A stretch of DNA of 32,000 nucleotides, taken from assembly GCF_000195955.2 (NCBI RefSeq), contig NC_000962.3, positions 2,610,001-2,642,000 on the forward strand, in the 5' to 3' direction. The position numbers and the translations under genes are program-made. This document shows, piece after piece, positions 24,528 to 32,000 of this stretch (positions within the stretch are counted from its first letter, which is position 1; every line of letters begins with the position of its first letter). The notes beneath the pieces are model-generated. The model ran no database searches. It was not told the origin of the DNA and saw only the letters and a program-made list of their open reading frames with translations. The DNA is from Mycobacterium tuberculosis H37Rv (GTDB lineage: Bacteria > Actinomycetota > Actinomycetes > Mycobacteriales > Mycobacteriaceae).

Positions 24528-25592
24528 CTATCCGAACAAGTTCTTGAAGAAACCCGAAAGCCCATTGCCGCTGACCAGCAGGCCCGAGTTGCCCGTCCCA
24601 AAATTGAAAAATCCCGAACTCATCACGCCGGTCACAAAAATCCCGGTGTTGTTGACGGCCGCGTTATAGAAACCTGAGTTGCCGTAGCCCGTGTTGAGCA
24701 CCCCTGAGTTACCGCCGAACATGCTTGTGGTGCTGGTATTGACATAGCCCGAGTTGCCGAAGCCCGAGTTCTGAATGCCCGAGTTGCCACTGCCAGCCGG
24801 GTCGTTGTGCCCGAAACCAGAGTTACCGGTACCGGCGTTGAAGAAGCCCGAATTCGGACCAGCTTGGGTCATCGCGCTGAAGAAGCCCGTGTTGAGCGTG
24901 CCCGGATTAAACCCACCAGTATTGATGTTGCCCGAGTTCCCTAAGCCAGTGTTGACATCACCCGCATTGCCCACACCGGAGTTGACGTCGCCAGCATTGA
25001 GGAAACCACTGTTGCCGTCACCCGAATTCCCAAAACTCGAGTTTATGTTTCCGGCGTTAAGACTGCCGAAGTTGTAGTTGCCAGCGTCGAAAAAGCCTGT
25101 GTTGCCGGCGCCGGCGTTAGCGAGGCCAGTGTTTGTGCTGCCGCCGTTCCAAAATCCGGTGTTGACGTTGCCCGCGTTCCCGAATCCAGTGTTCGCAGTA
25201 CCGGAGTTCCCGAAGCCTACGTTGCCGGTGCCGGAGTTGAACAAACCGACGTTTCCGGTGCCGGAGTTCCCGAAACCGATGTTTCCGCTGCCCGAGTTCA
25301 GTCCGCCGATGCCGATCTGACCATCGCCGGTGAGCCCGATACCGATGTTGTTGTTGCCCGTGTTTCCGAAACCGAAATTCCCGCTGCCGGTGTTTCCGAA
25401 GCCGATGTTGTTACTGCCGGTATTGCCGCTACCAAAGTTGAAGTTGCCGTTGTTTCCGTTACCGAAGTTCGTGTCGCCGATGTTGCCGCTGCCCACGTTG
25501 GTGCTGCCGATGTTGCCGCTGCCCACGTTGGTGCTGCCGATGTTGCCGCTACCCAGGTTTTGGCTACCGAAGTTTCTGAACCGCCCCGGCAT
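24528..25592 (-). pseudogene. PPE39: PPE-MPTR protein remnant truncated by IS6110 (annotated as PPE39)
   Basis: Only the NxGxGNxG (MPTR) part remains; no PPE domain; the first codons (MPGR...) lie inside the IS6110 terminal repeat (IS begins at 25577). Confidence 0.88.
24624..25576 (-). repeat. Major polymorphic tandem repeat (MPTR) region of PPE39
   Basis: Tandem pentapeptide-type NxGxGNxG coding repeats. Confidence 0.85.
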
Positions 25593-25627
25593 GTCCGGAG
25601 ACTCCAGTTCTTGGAAAGGATGGGGTC

Positions 25628-25954
25628 ATGTCAGGTGGTTCATCGAGGAGGTACCCGCCGGAGCTGCGTGAGCGGGCGGTGCGGATGGTCGCAGAGATCC
25701 GCGGTCAGCACGATTCGGAGTGGGCAGCGATCAGTGAGGTCGCCCGTCTACTTGGTGTTGGCTGCGCGGAGACGGTGCGTAAGTGGGTGCGCCAGGCGCA
25801 GGTCGATGCCGGCGCACGGCCCGGGACCACGACCGAAGAATCCGCTGAGCTGAAGCGCTTGCGGCGGGACAACGCCGAATTGCGAAGGGCGAACGCGATT
25901 TTAAAGACCGCGTCGGCTTTCTTCGCGGCCGAGCTCGACCGGCCAGCACGCTAA
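25628..25954 (+). CDS. IS6110 transposase OrfA
   Basis: 108-aa ORF MSGGSSRRYPPELRERAVRMVAEIRGQHDSEWAAISEVARLLGV, IS3-family HTH protein. Confidence 0.95.
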   Translation: MSGGSSRRYPPELRERAVRMVAEIRGQHDSEWAAISEVARLLGVGCAETVRKWVRQAQVDAGARPGTTTEESAELKRLRRDNAELRRANAILKTASAFFAAELDRPAR

Positions 25955-26889
25955 TTACCCGGTTCATCGCCGATCATCAGGGCCACCGCGAGGGCCCCGA
26001 TGGTTTGCGGTGGGGTGTCGAGTCGATCTGCACACAGCTGACCGAGCTGGGTGTGCCGATCGCCCCATCGACCTACTACGACCACATCAACCGGGAGCCC
26101 AGCCGCCGCGAGCTGCGCGATGGCGAACTCAAGGAGCACATCAGCCGCGTCCACGCCGCCAACTACGGTGTTTACGGTGCCCGCAAAGTGTGGCTAACCC
26201 TGAACCGTGAGGGCATCGAGGTGGCCAGATGCACCGTCGAACGGCTGATGACCAAACTCGGCCTGTCCGGGACCACCCGCGGCAAAGCCCGCAGGACCAC
26301 GATCGCTGATCCGGCCACAGCCCGTCCCGCCGATCTCGTCCAGCGCCGCTTCGGACCACCAGCACCTAACCGGCTGTGGGTAGCAGACCTCACCTATGTG
26401 TCGACCTGGGCAGGGTTCGCCTACGTGGCCTTTGTCACCGACGCCTACGCTCGCAGGATCCTGGGCTGGCGGGTCGCTTCCACGATGGCCACCTCCATGG
26501 TCCTCGACGCGATCGAGCAAGCCATCTGGACCCGCCAACAAGAAGGCGTACTCGACCTGAAAGACGTTATCCACCATACGGATAGGGGATCTCAGTACAC
26601 ATCGATCCGGTTCAGCGAGCGGCTCGCCGAGGCAGGCATCCAACCGTCGGTCGGAGCGGTCGGAAGCTCCTATGACAATGCACTAGCCGAGACGATCAAC
26701 GGCCTATACAAGACCGAGCTGATCAAACCCGGCAAGCCCTGGCGGTCCATCGAGGATGTCGAGTTGGCCACCGCGCGCTGGGTCGACTGGTTCAACCATC
26801 GCCGCCTCTACCAGTACTGCGGCGACGTCCCGCCGGTCGAACTCGAGGCTGCCTACTACGCTCAACGCCAGAGACCAGCCGCCGGCTGA
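25903..26889 (+). CDS. IS6110 transposase OrfB (made by -1 frameshift from OrfA)
   Basis: DDE integrase-core ORF (PNRLWVADLTYVSTWAGFAYVAFVTDAYARRILGW...). Slippery TTTTAAAG at 25899..25906 joins the frames. Confidence 0.93.
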   Translation, partial: KDRVGFLRGRARPASTLITRFIADHQGHREGPDGLRWGVESICTQLTELGVPIAPSTYYDHINREPSRRELRDGELKEHISRVHAANYGVYGARKVWLTLNREGIEVARCTVERLMTKLGLSGTTRGKARRTTIADPATARPADLVQRRFGPPAPNRLWVADLTYVSTWAGFAYVAFVTDAYARRILGWRVASTMATSMVLDAIEQAIWTRQQEGVLDLKDVIHHTDRGSQYTSIRFSERLAEAGIQPSVGAVGSSYDNALAETINGLYKTELIKPGKPWRSIEDVELATARWVDWFNHRRLYQYCGDVPPVELEAAYYAQRQRPAAG

Positions 26890-26931
26890 GGTCTCAGATC
26901 AGAGAGTCTCCGGACTCACCGGGGCGGTTCA

Positions 26932-27028
26932 ACACCGAAAAATTCACCACTACCGCCCCTCCTCTAACAAATCATTCTCAACCGCACCCCCGCGCGTTAC
27001 CCCAAACGACACGCGGACACCCGTCACC
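26932..27028. repeat. 97-bp direct repeat copy 1 (residual 5' end/upstream of PPE39)
   Basis: acaccgaaaaattcaccactaccgcccctcctctaacaaatcattctcaaccgcacccccgcgcgttaccccaaacgacacgcggacacccgtcacc, identical by eye to 29517..29613. Confidence 0.93.
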
Positions 27029-27687
27029 GAGACGTCCTACGTTGTCTGGGCGCCAAACCGGCTCGATCCCCGACTTGGCTCACGATTCGCGGCTCAGCAT
27101 TAATAGAGCCCGTTGACCTGTGAGTTTGCTTGGTGACGGGTCGAAAATTGTGCACTTGATGCACTCAGGAGTACCTGGACGCCCGGACGGCCAACCGGGG
27201 CGCCGCCGAACCACGGTGGCGCGCCAGATGACTCAATTGACCCGAGTGCTGCTCCCGCTGTCCGTACCGCTCTTTCGTCACGTCCGCAACACTGGCCCTC
27301 GCCGTCGGCGATGGTCGCTGTGCCCACCTTAGCGCGACAACTCGGTTTCTGCAGGTCAACGCCCGCCTCCAATCCCGCACAGCCACGACCAACTCGGGAA
27401 CAAAACCGCCGGTCAGGCAGCTGTCGCTGAGAGCCGGGCACATCGGGTGTCGCCCGGTACAGTGACACATGTGACCGTTGCGACCGTGCGATGTGCCCGA
27501 CGCTCGATGCGCACCAATTCGAACCAACTCAGGTCTTACGCTGCCTGGACGCCGAACTAGCTCGATCCAGCGCCGACCCGCACCCCACTACCGGCATCTG
27601 AAGGTGAGCCAGAGACGCGTCGACCAGGAAGAACCGTGGCCGCACGGGTCACCCGGGCACACCCAACCGGGCCGTGGCAAGTGCCGA

Positions 27688-29535
27688 CTACCTGAAGAAT
27701 CCCGAAAGTCCTACACCCGCATTGAAAGCACCGGAGTTCTGGCTACCCGAATTTACCGCACCCGAACTGTCGTCACCCGAGTTGGAGATACCGGCGAGGT
27801 TGTTACCCGAGTTTGCAATTCCTGCATTGAAAGAGCCAATGTTTGCAAACCCGGAGTTGAAGCCAGGAAGCATGGCTGGGCCGGCGTTGGAGAAGCCCGA
27901 ATTACCGTTGCCTGTGTTGAAGAACCCGGAGTTGCCGGTGCCCGAGGGGTCACTGTTCCCCCAACCCGAGTTGCCGGTACCGAGGTTCCCGAAGCCCGAG
28001 TTGGCACCTGCTTGGGTGAGCGCGCTGCCAAAACCGGTGTTGACGTTGCCGCCATTGAAACCACCGGTGTTGATATCTCCACCGTTAAAGAAACCGGTGT
28101 TGACGTTACCTGCGTTCGCGAAACCGGTGTTCGAGTCACCCGCATTGAAGAAGCCGGTGTTTCCAGCACCCGAATTTCCGAAGCCGGTGTTCTGAAAGCC
28201 CACGTTGAAGCTGCCCGAGTTTGAGTTCCCGCCGTCGAAGATACCGACGTTTCCGTTGCCGGCACTCCCGAAGCCCGTGTTTAAATTGCCTGCGTTCCAG
28301 AAACCGGTGTTGATATTTCCGGCGTTCCCGAAACCCGTGTTGCCGTCACCCGAGTTGAAGAAGCCGATGTTTCCATCACCCGAGTTGAAGAAGCCGATGT
28401 TGTTGTTGCCGGAGTTTCCGAAGCCGATGTTTCCAGTGCCTGAGTTCAGTCCGCCGATGCCGATCTGACCATCACCGGTGAGCCCGATACCGATATTGTT
28501 GTTGCCCGTGTTTCCGAAACCGAAATTCCCGCTGCCGGTGTTTCCGAACCCAAAGTTGAGGGTGCCATTATTCCCGCCGCCAAAGTTGAAGTCGCCGGTG
28601 TTCCCGCCGCCGAAATTGACATCACCGTTATTTCCGTTGGCGAGGTTGAGCGTGCCGAAGTTTCCGCTGCCCACATTGAGGCTGCCGATATTTCCGCTGC
28701 CGAAGTTTCCGCTGCCGAAGTTTCCGCTGCCAGGGTTGTAGTCACCCGTGTTTCCGCTGCCGGCATTGCCGGTACCGGTGTTTCCGCTGCCCCAGTTCAG
28801 GCTGCCGTAGTTCCCGCTGCCCAGGTTGGTGCCGCCGACATTGCCACTGCCCACGTTGGTACCGCCGATGTTGCCGCTGCCCAGGTTGAGGCTGCCGATG
28901 TTGCCGACACCCAAATTCAAGGTCAGCTCGGCGAGGCCTTGTGCAGCGCCTTGTGCAGCGGCCGCCGGTGCGTTAGCCGCACCGCCTAGCAAGCCCGACA
29001 AGCCCGGCACCGCCTGCTGCCATGGCGCCAACGCCGCCGCCGCCGCCGATGCCCCACCGTGATAACCCACCATCGCCGCCACATCGGCAGCCCACATCTG
29101 CTCATAGGTGGCCTCAGCAGCGGCAATCGCCGGCGCATTCTGCCCAAACACATTCGACAGCACCAACTGCACAAACGCACTGCGATTAGCCGCCACCACC
29201 ACCGGATCCACCATGGCCGCCCGCGCCGCCTCAAACGCGCCGGCCACCGCCTTAGCCTGAACCGCAGCCCCCCCAGCCCGCGCCGCCGCAGCAGCCAACC
29301 ACCCCGCATACGGCGCCGCCGCCACCACCATCGCCGCCGCCGCCGCACCCTGCCACGCCTGACCCGACCCACCCGCCAGACCCGAGGTCACCAACCCAAA
29401 CGACTCCGCCGCCAACCCCAACTCAGCCGCCAACCCATCCCAGGCCGCCGCCGCCGCCAACATCGGCCCCGACCCCGCACCAAAAAACATCCGCCCCGAA
29501 TTAATCTCCGGCGGCAACACCGAAAAATTCACCAC
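27688..29535 (-). CDS. PPE40: PPE-MPTR family protein, 615 aa
   Basis: GTG start: [39 protein letters not shown] followed by MPTR repeats. Confidence 0.93.
   Translation of the reverse strand: MVNFSVLPPEINSGRMFFGAGSGPMLAAAAAWDGLAAELGLAAESFGLVTSGLAGGSGQAWQGAAAAAMVVAAAPYAGWLAAAAARAGGAAVQAKAVAGAFEAARAAMVDPVVVAANRSAFVQLVLSNVFGQNAPAIAAAEATYEQMWAADVAAMVGYHGGASAAAAALAPWQQAVPGLSGLLGGAANAPAAAAQGAAQGLAELTLNLGVGNIGSLNLGSGNIGGTNVGSGNVGGTNLGSGNYGSLNWGSGNTGTGNAGSGNTGDYNPGSGNFGSGNFGSGNIGSLNVGSGNFGTLNLANGNNGDVNFGGGNTGDFNFGGGNNGTLNFGFGNTGSGNFGFGNTGNNNIGIGLTGDGQIGIGGLNSGTGNIGFGNSGNNNIGFFNSGDGNIGFFNSGDGNTGFGNAGNINTGFWNAGNLNTGFGSAGNGNVGIFDGGNSNSGSFNVGFQNTGFGNSGAGNTGFFNAGDSNTGFANAGNVNTGFFNGGDINTGGFNGGNVNTGFGSALTQAGANSGFGNLGTGNSGWGNSDPSGTGNSGFFNTGNGNSGFSNAGPAMLPGFNSGFANIGSFNAGIANSGNNLAGISNSGDDSSGAVNSGSQNSGAFNAGVGLSGFFR
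27755..28895 (-). repeat. MPTR region of PPE40
   Basis: Tandem NxGxGNxG coding repeats, including blocks nearly identical to PPE39. Confidence 0.85.
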
Positions 29536-29613
29536 TACCGCCCCTCCTCTAACAAATCATTCTCAACCGCACCCCCGCGCGTTACCCCAAACGACACGCG
29601 GACACCCGTCACC
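29517..29613. repeat. 97-bp direct repeat copy 2 (PPE40 start and upstream)
   Basis: Identical by eye to 26932..27028; covers the first codons of PPE40 and its 5' flank. Confidence 0.93.
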
Positions 29614-29672
29614 ACGGCGCCGCCCACCCAGCGGCCACCACAGCTCACCGGGTCGTGCCCGGACCGGGGCTG

Positions 29673-31064
29673 CTAGCTGCCCTTGAGCCGCACCGCGAGA
29701 TAGTCGGCCACGCTGCTCATCGCAACCCGGTCCTGCGTCATGGCGTCACGCTCCCGCACGGTGACGGCATTGTCCTGCAGCGAGTCGAAGTCAACCGTCA
29801 CACAGAACGGGGTACCGACCTCGTCCTGGCGCCGGTAACGCCGCCCGATAGCGCCGGCATCATCGAAATCGATGTTCCAGCATTTCCGTAATTCGGCGCC
29901 CAGGTCCCGGGCCTTCGGGCTCAGGTCCGCGTGCCGGGACAGCGGCAACACCGCCGCCTTGACCGGCGCCAGCCGCGGGTCCAATCGCAGCACCGTGCGC
30001 TTATCCATCCCACCCTTGGTATTCGGGGCCTCGTCCTCGGTGTACGCGTCGATCAAAAACGCCATGAATGACCGGGTCAAGCCAGCTGCCGGCTCGATGA
30101 CGTACGGCGTGTACCGAACATCGTTGATCTGGTCGTAGAAAGACAGGTCGACGCCGGAATGCCGCGCATGCGTCGATAGGTCAAAATCGGTTCGGTTGGC
30201 CACACCTTCCAGTTCACCCCATGGATTGCCCATGAAGCCGAACTTGTACTCGATGTCGACGGTGCGGTCGGAGTAATGTGACAACTTGTCTTTGGGGTGC
30301 TCCCACAACCGCAGGTTCTCCCGACGAATACCCAGGTCGATATACCACTGCAGCCGGTTGTCGATCCAGTACTGATGCCATTCCTTGGCAGTCGCCGGCT
30401 CGACGAAGAACTCCATCTCCATCTGCTCGAACTCGCGGGTCCGGAAGATGAAGTTGCCCGGAGTGATCTCGTTGCGAAAGCTCTTGCCGATCTGTCCGAT
30501 ACCGAATGGCGGCTTCTTACGAGCAGTTGTCACCACGTTGGCAAAGTTCACGAAGATGCCCTGCGCGGTTTCCGGGCGCAGATAGTGCAGCCCCTCCTCG
30601 GTCTCGATGGGTCCGAGGTAGGTCTTGAGCATCATGTTGAACTCGCGTGGCTGCGTCCACTGGCCGGGTTCGCCGGTTTCCGGGTCGCGAATGTCGGCCA
30701 ACCCGTTAGGCGGCGGATGCCCGTGTTTGGCTTCGTAGGCCTCGATGAGATGGTCGGCCCGGTAGCGCTTATGTGTGATCAGCGACTCGACCAGCGGGTC
30801 ATGAAAGACATCGACGTGACCGGAAGCCACCCACACCTCACGCGGCAGGATGATCGACGAATCGATTCCGACAACGTCGTCGCGGCCAGTCACCACCGAT
30901 CGCCACCACTGGCGCTTGATGTTCTCTTTGAGCTCAACCCCTAGCGGACCATAGTCCCACGCCGACTTTGTGCCGCCGTAGATCTCGCCCGACGGATAGA
31001 CGAAGCCTCGCCGTTTGGCTAGGTTGACCACGGTGTCGATGACGGGCGCCACGGGGTGGTGCAC
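29673..31064 (-). CDS. glyS: Glycyl-tRNA synthetase, 463 aa
   Basis: [43 protein letters not shown]..., class II synthetase motifs ([25 protein letters not shown]). GTG start at 31064; ORF open to 31127. Confidence 0.95.
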
Positions 31065-31163
31065 TCCCTTCGAGGGATCGGGCAGACGCGCGCAGCCCGA
31101 CACGACTACGCGCAAAACATCAGTCATGGTAGCGATCGGGACCTGGGTCTCCTATTGCCTTTG

Positions 31164-31183
31164 ACATGCATCATCATGCATGT
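31164..31183. promoter_or_regulatory. Palindromic operator candidate for the ArsR/SmtB-type regulator
   Basis: ACATGCAT-CATC-ATGCATGT: 8-bp perfect inverted arms with 4-nt spacer, upstream of the smtB ORF. Confidence 0.75.
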
Positions 31184-31245
31184 GACAGTGGAGGTCAGTG
31201 GCAGGTCCTTCCTAATACGGCACTTCTCGAGGTGAAGACTCCAAT

Positions 31246-31653
31246 ATGGTGACGTCCCCCTCAACGCCGACCGCCGCCCACGAAGATGTGGGTGCCGACG
31301 AAGTAGGCGGTCACCAGCATCCCGCGGATAGGTTCGCCGAATGCCCCACGTTCCCCGCACCACCGCCGCGGGAGATCCTAGACGCTGCCGGCGAGCTGCT
31401 GCGTGCGCTGGCCGCACCGGTGCGGATCGCCATCGTGCTGCAATTGCGTGAATCTCAACGCTGCGTGCACGAACTGGTCGACGCACTGCACGTGCCCCAG
31501 CCGTTGGTCAGCCAACATCTGAAGATCCTCAAGGCGGCGGGCGTGGTCACCGGGGAGCGATCGGGCCGAGAAGTGCTGTACCGACTTGCTGACCACCACC
31601 TCGCGCACATTGTGCTCGACGCCGTCGCGCACGCCGGTGAGGACGCAATATGA
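31246..31653 (+). CDS. smtB: ArsR/SmtB-family zinc-responsive repressor, 135 aa
   Basis: wHTH 'ALAAPVRIAIVLQLRESQRCVHELVDALHVPQPLVSQHLKILKAAGVVTGERSGREVLYRLADHHLAHIVLDAVAHAGE', with alpha5 metal-site-like H residues. Confidence 0.93.
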   Translation: MVTSPSTPTAAHEDVGADEVGGHQHPADRFAECPTFPAPPPREILDAAGELLRALAAPVRIAIVLQLRESQRCVHELVDALHVPQPLVSQHLKILKAAGVVTGERSGREVLYRLADHHLAHIVLDAVAHAGEDAI

Positions 31654-32000
31654 GTGCAGCCGGTGTCCGCTCTACCCGCCAGCGGGCAGCCATCTCGACA
31701 CTGTTAGAGACGCTCGACGACTTTCGTTCGGCCCAGGAACTGCACGACGAACTGCGCCGGCGCGGCGAGAACATCGGTCTGACCACCGTCTACCGCACAC
31801 TGCAGTCGATGGCATCCTCCGGACTGGTGGACACACTGCACACCGACACCGGTGAATCGGTCTACCGCAGATGCTCGGAGCACCATCACCACCATCTGGT
31901 GTGCCGCAGCTGCGGTTCCACCATCGAAGTAGGTGACCACGAGGTGGAGGCGTGGGCGGCGGAGGTGGCCACCAAACATGGATTCTCTGACGTCAGCCAC
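31650..32000 (+). CDS. furB: Fur-family zinc uptake regulator (Zur), 5' part; runs off the window
   Basis: ATG overlaps the smtB stop (ATGA). MSAAGVRSTRQRAAISTLLETLDDFRSAQELHDELRRRGENIGLTTVYRTLQSMASSGLVDTLHTDTGESVYRRCSEHHHHHLVCRSCGSTIEV: Fur family with CxxC. Confidence 0.96.
   Translation, partial: MSAAGVRSTRQRAAISTLLETLDDFRSAQELHDELRRRGENIGLTTVYRTLQSMASSGLVDTLHTDTGESVYRRCSEHHHHHLVCRSCGSTIEVGDHEVEAWAAEVATKHGFSDVSH

Larger units (their letters stand above)
25577..26931 (+). mobile_element. IS6110 (IS3 family), 1355 bp, complete
   Basis: Terminal inverted repeats TGAACCGCCCCGGCATGTCCGGAGACTC (25577) and ...GAGTCTCCGGACTCACCGGGGCGGTTCA (ends 26931); length exactly 1355 bp; both transposase frames intact. 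Confidence 0.97.

Noticed and set aside
26194-26643. Minus-strand 149-aa ORF inside IS6110
   Set aside because: Antisense to the OrfB integrase core; no separate IS6110 gene is known there.
25577-26931. Insertion as evidence for a larger composite transposon or prophage
   Set aside because: Only one IS copy and no integrase, att repeats, or phage genes within the window.
27478-28224. 248-aa + strand ORF overlapping the PPE40 3' end
   Set aside because: Mostly the antisense reading of MPTR repeats (RV...T/E pattern); upstream part lacks any motif.
24624-28895. Regularly spaced short repeats that might suggest CRISPR or a tandem satellite
   Set aside because: They are in-frame NxGxG coding repeats (MPTR) with no spacer/repeat structure and no cas genes nearby.

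Overview
This window is a high-GC mycobacterial chromosome segment. Gene order and protein content match the Mycobacterium tuberculosis complex region Rv2335-Rv2359 in an H37Rv-like arrangement; that identification is from recall, not a search. Left to right: 3' end of cysE; a three-gene group (Rv2336-like acyltransferase-like protein, Rv2337c-like nitroreductase-fold protein, 'moeW' E1/ThiF-like protein) next to mmpL9; PE_PGRS39; tRNA-Asn(GTT); lppQ; a small membrane protein; dnaG; dgt; a TPM/coiled-coil protein; the ESX-5-type pair esxO/esxP with Rv2348c; tandem Tat-dependent phospholipases plcC-plcB-plcA; PPE38; a PPE39 remnant joined to a 1355-bp IS6110; PPE40; glyS; and the zinc-regulator pair smtB(zntR)/furB(zur). 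Best second looks: (1) the E1-like/nitroreductase/acyltransferase-like group, whose 'molybdopterin' label is poorly supported; (2) a frame-disrupted GAP/Sap-like membrane-protein remnant between plcA and PPE38; (3) a 54-bp promoter-like element at matching spacing upstream of both plcA and plcB; (4) IS6110 with no target duplication that removed the 5' part of PPE39, flanked by a 97-bp direct repeat shared with the PPE40 start; (5) a WxxW-type tandem Trp run in the Rv2348c protein. No CRISPR array, prophage or clearly novel defence system was seen.
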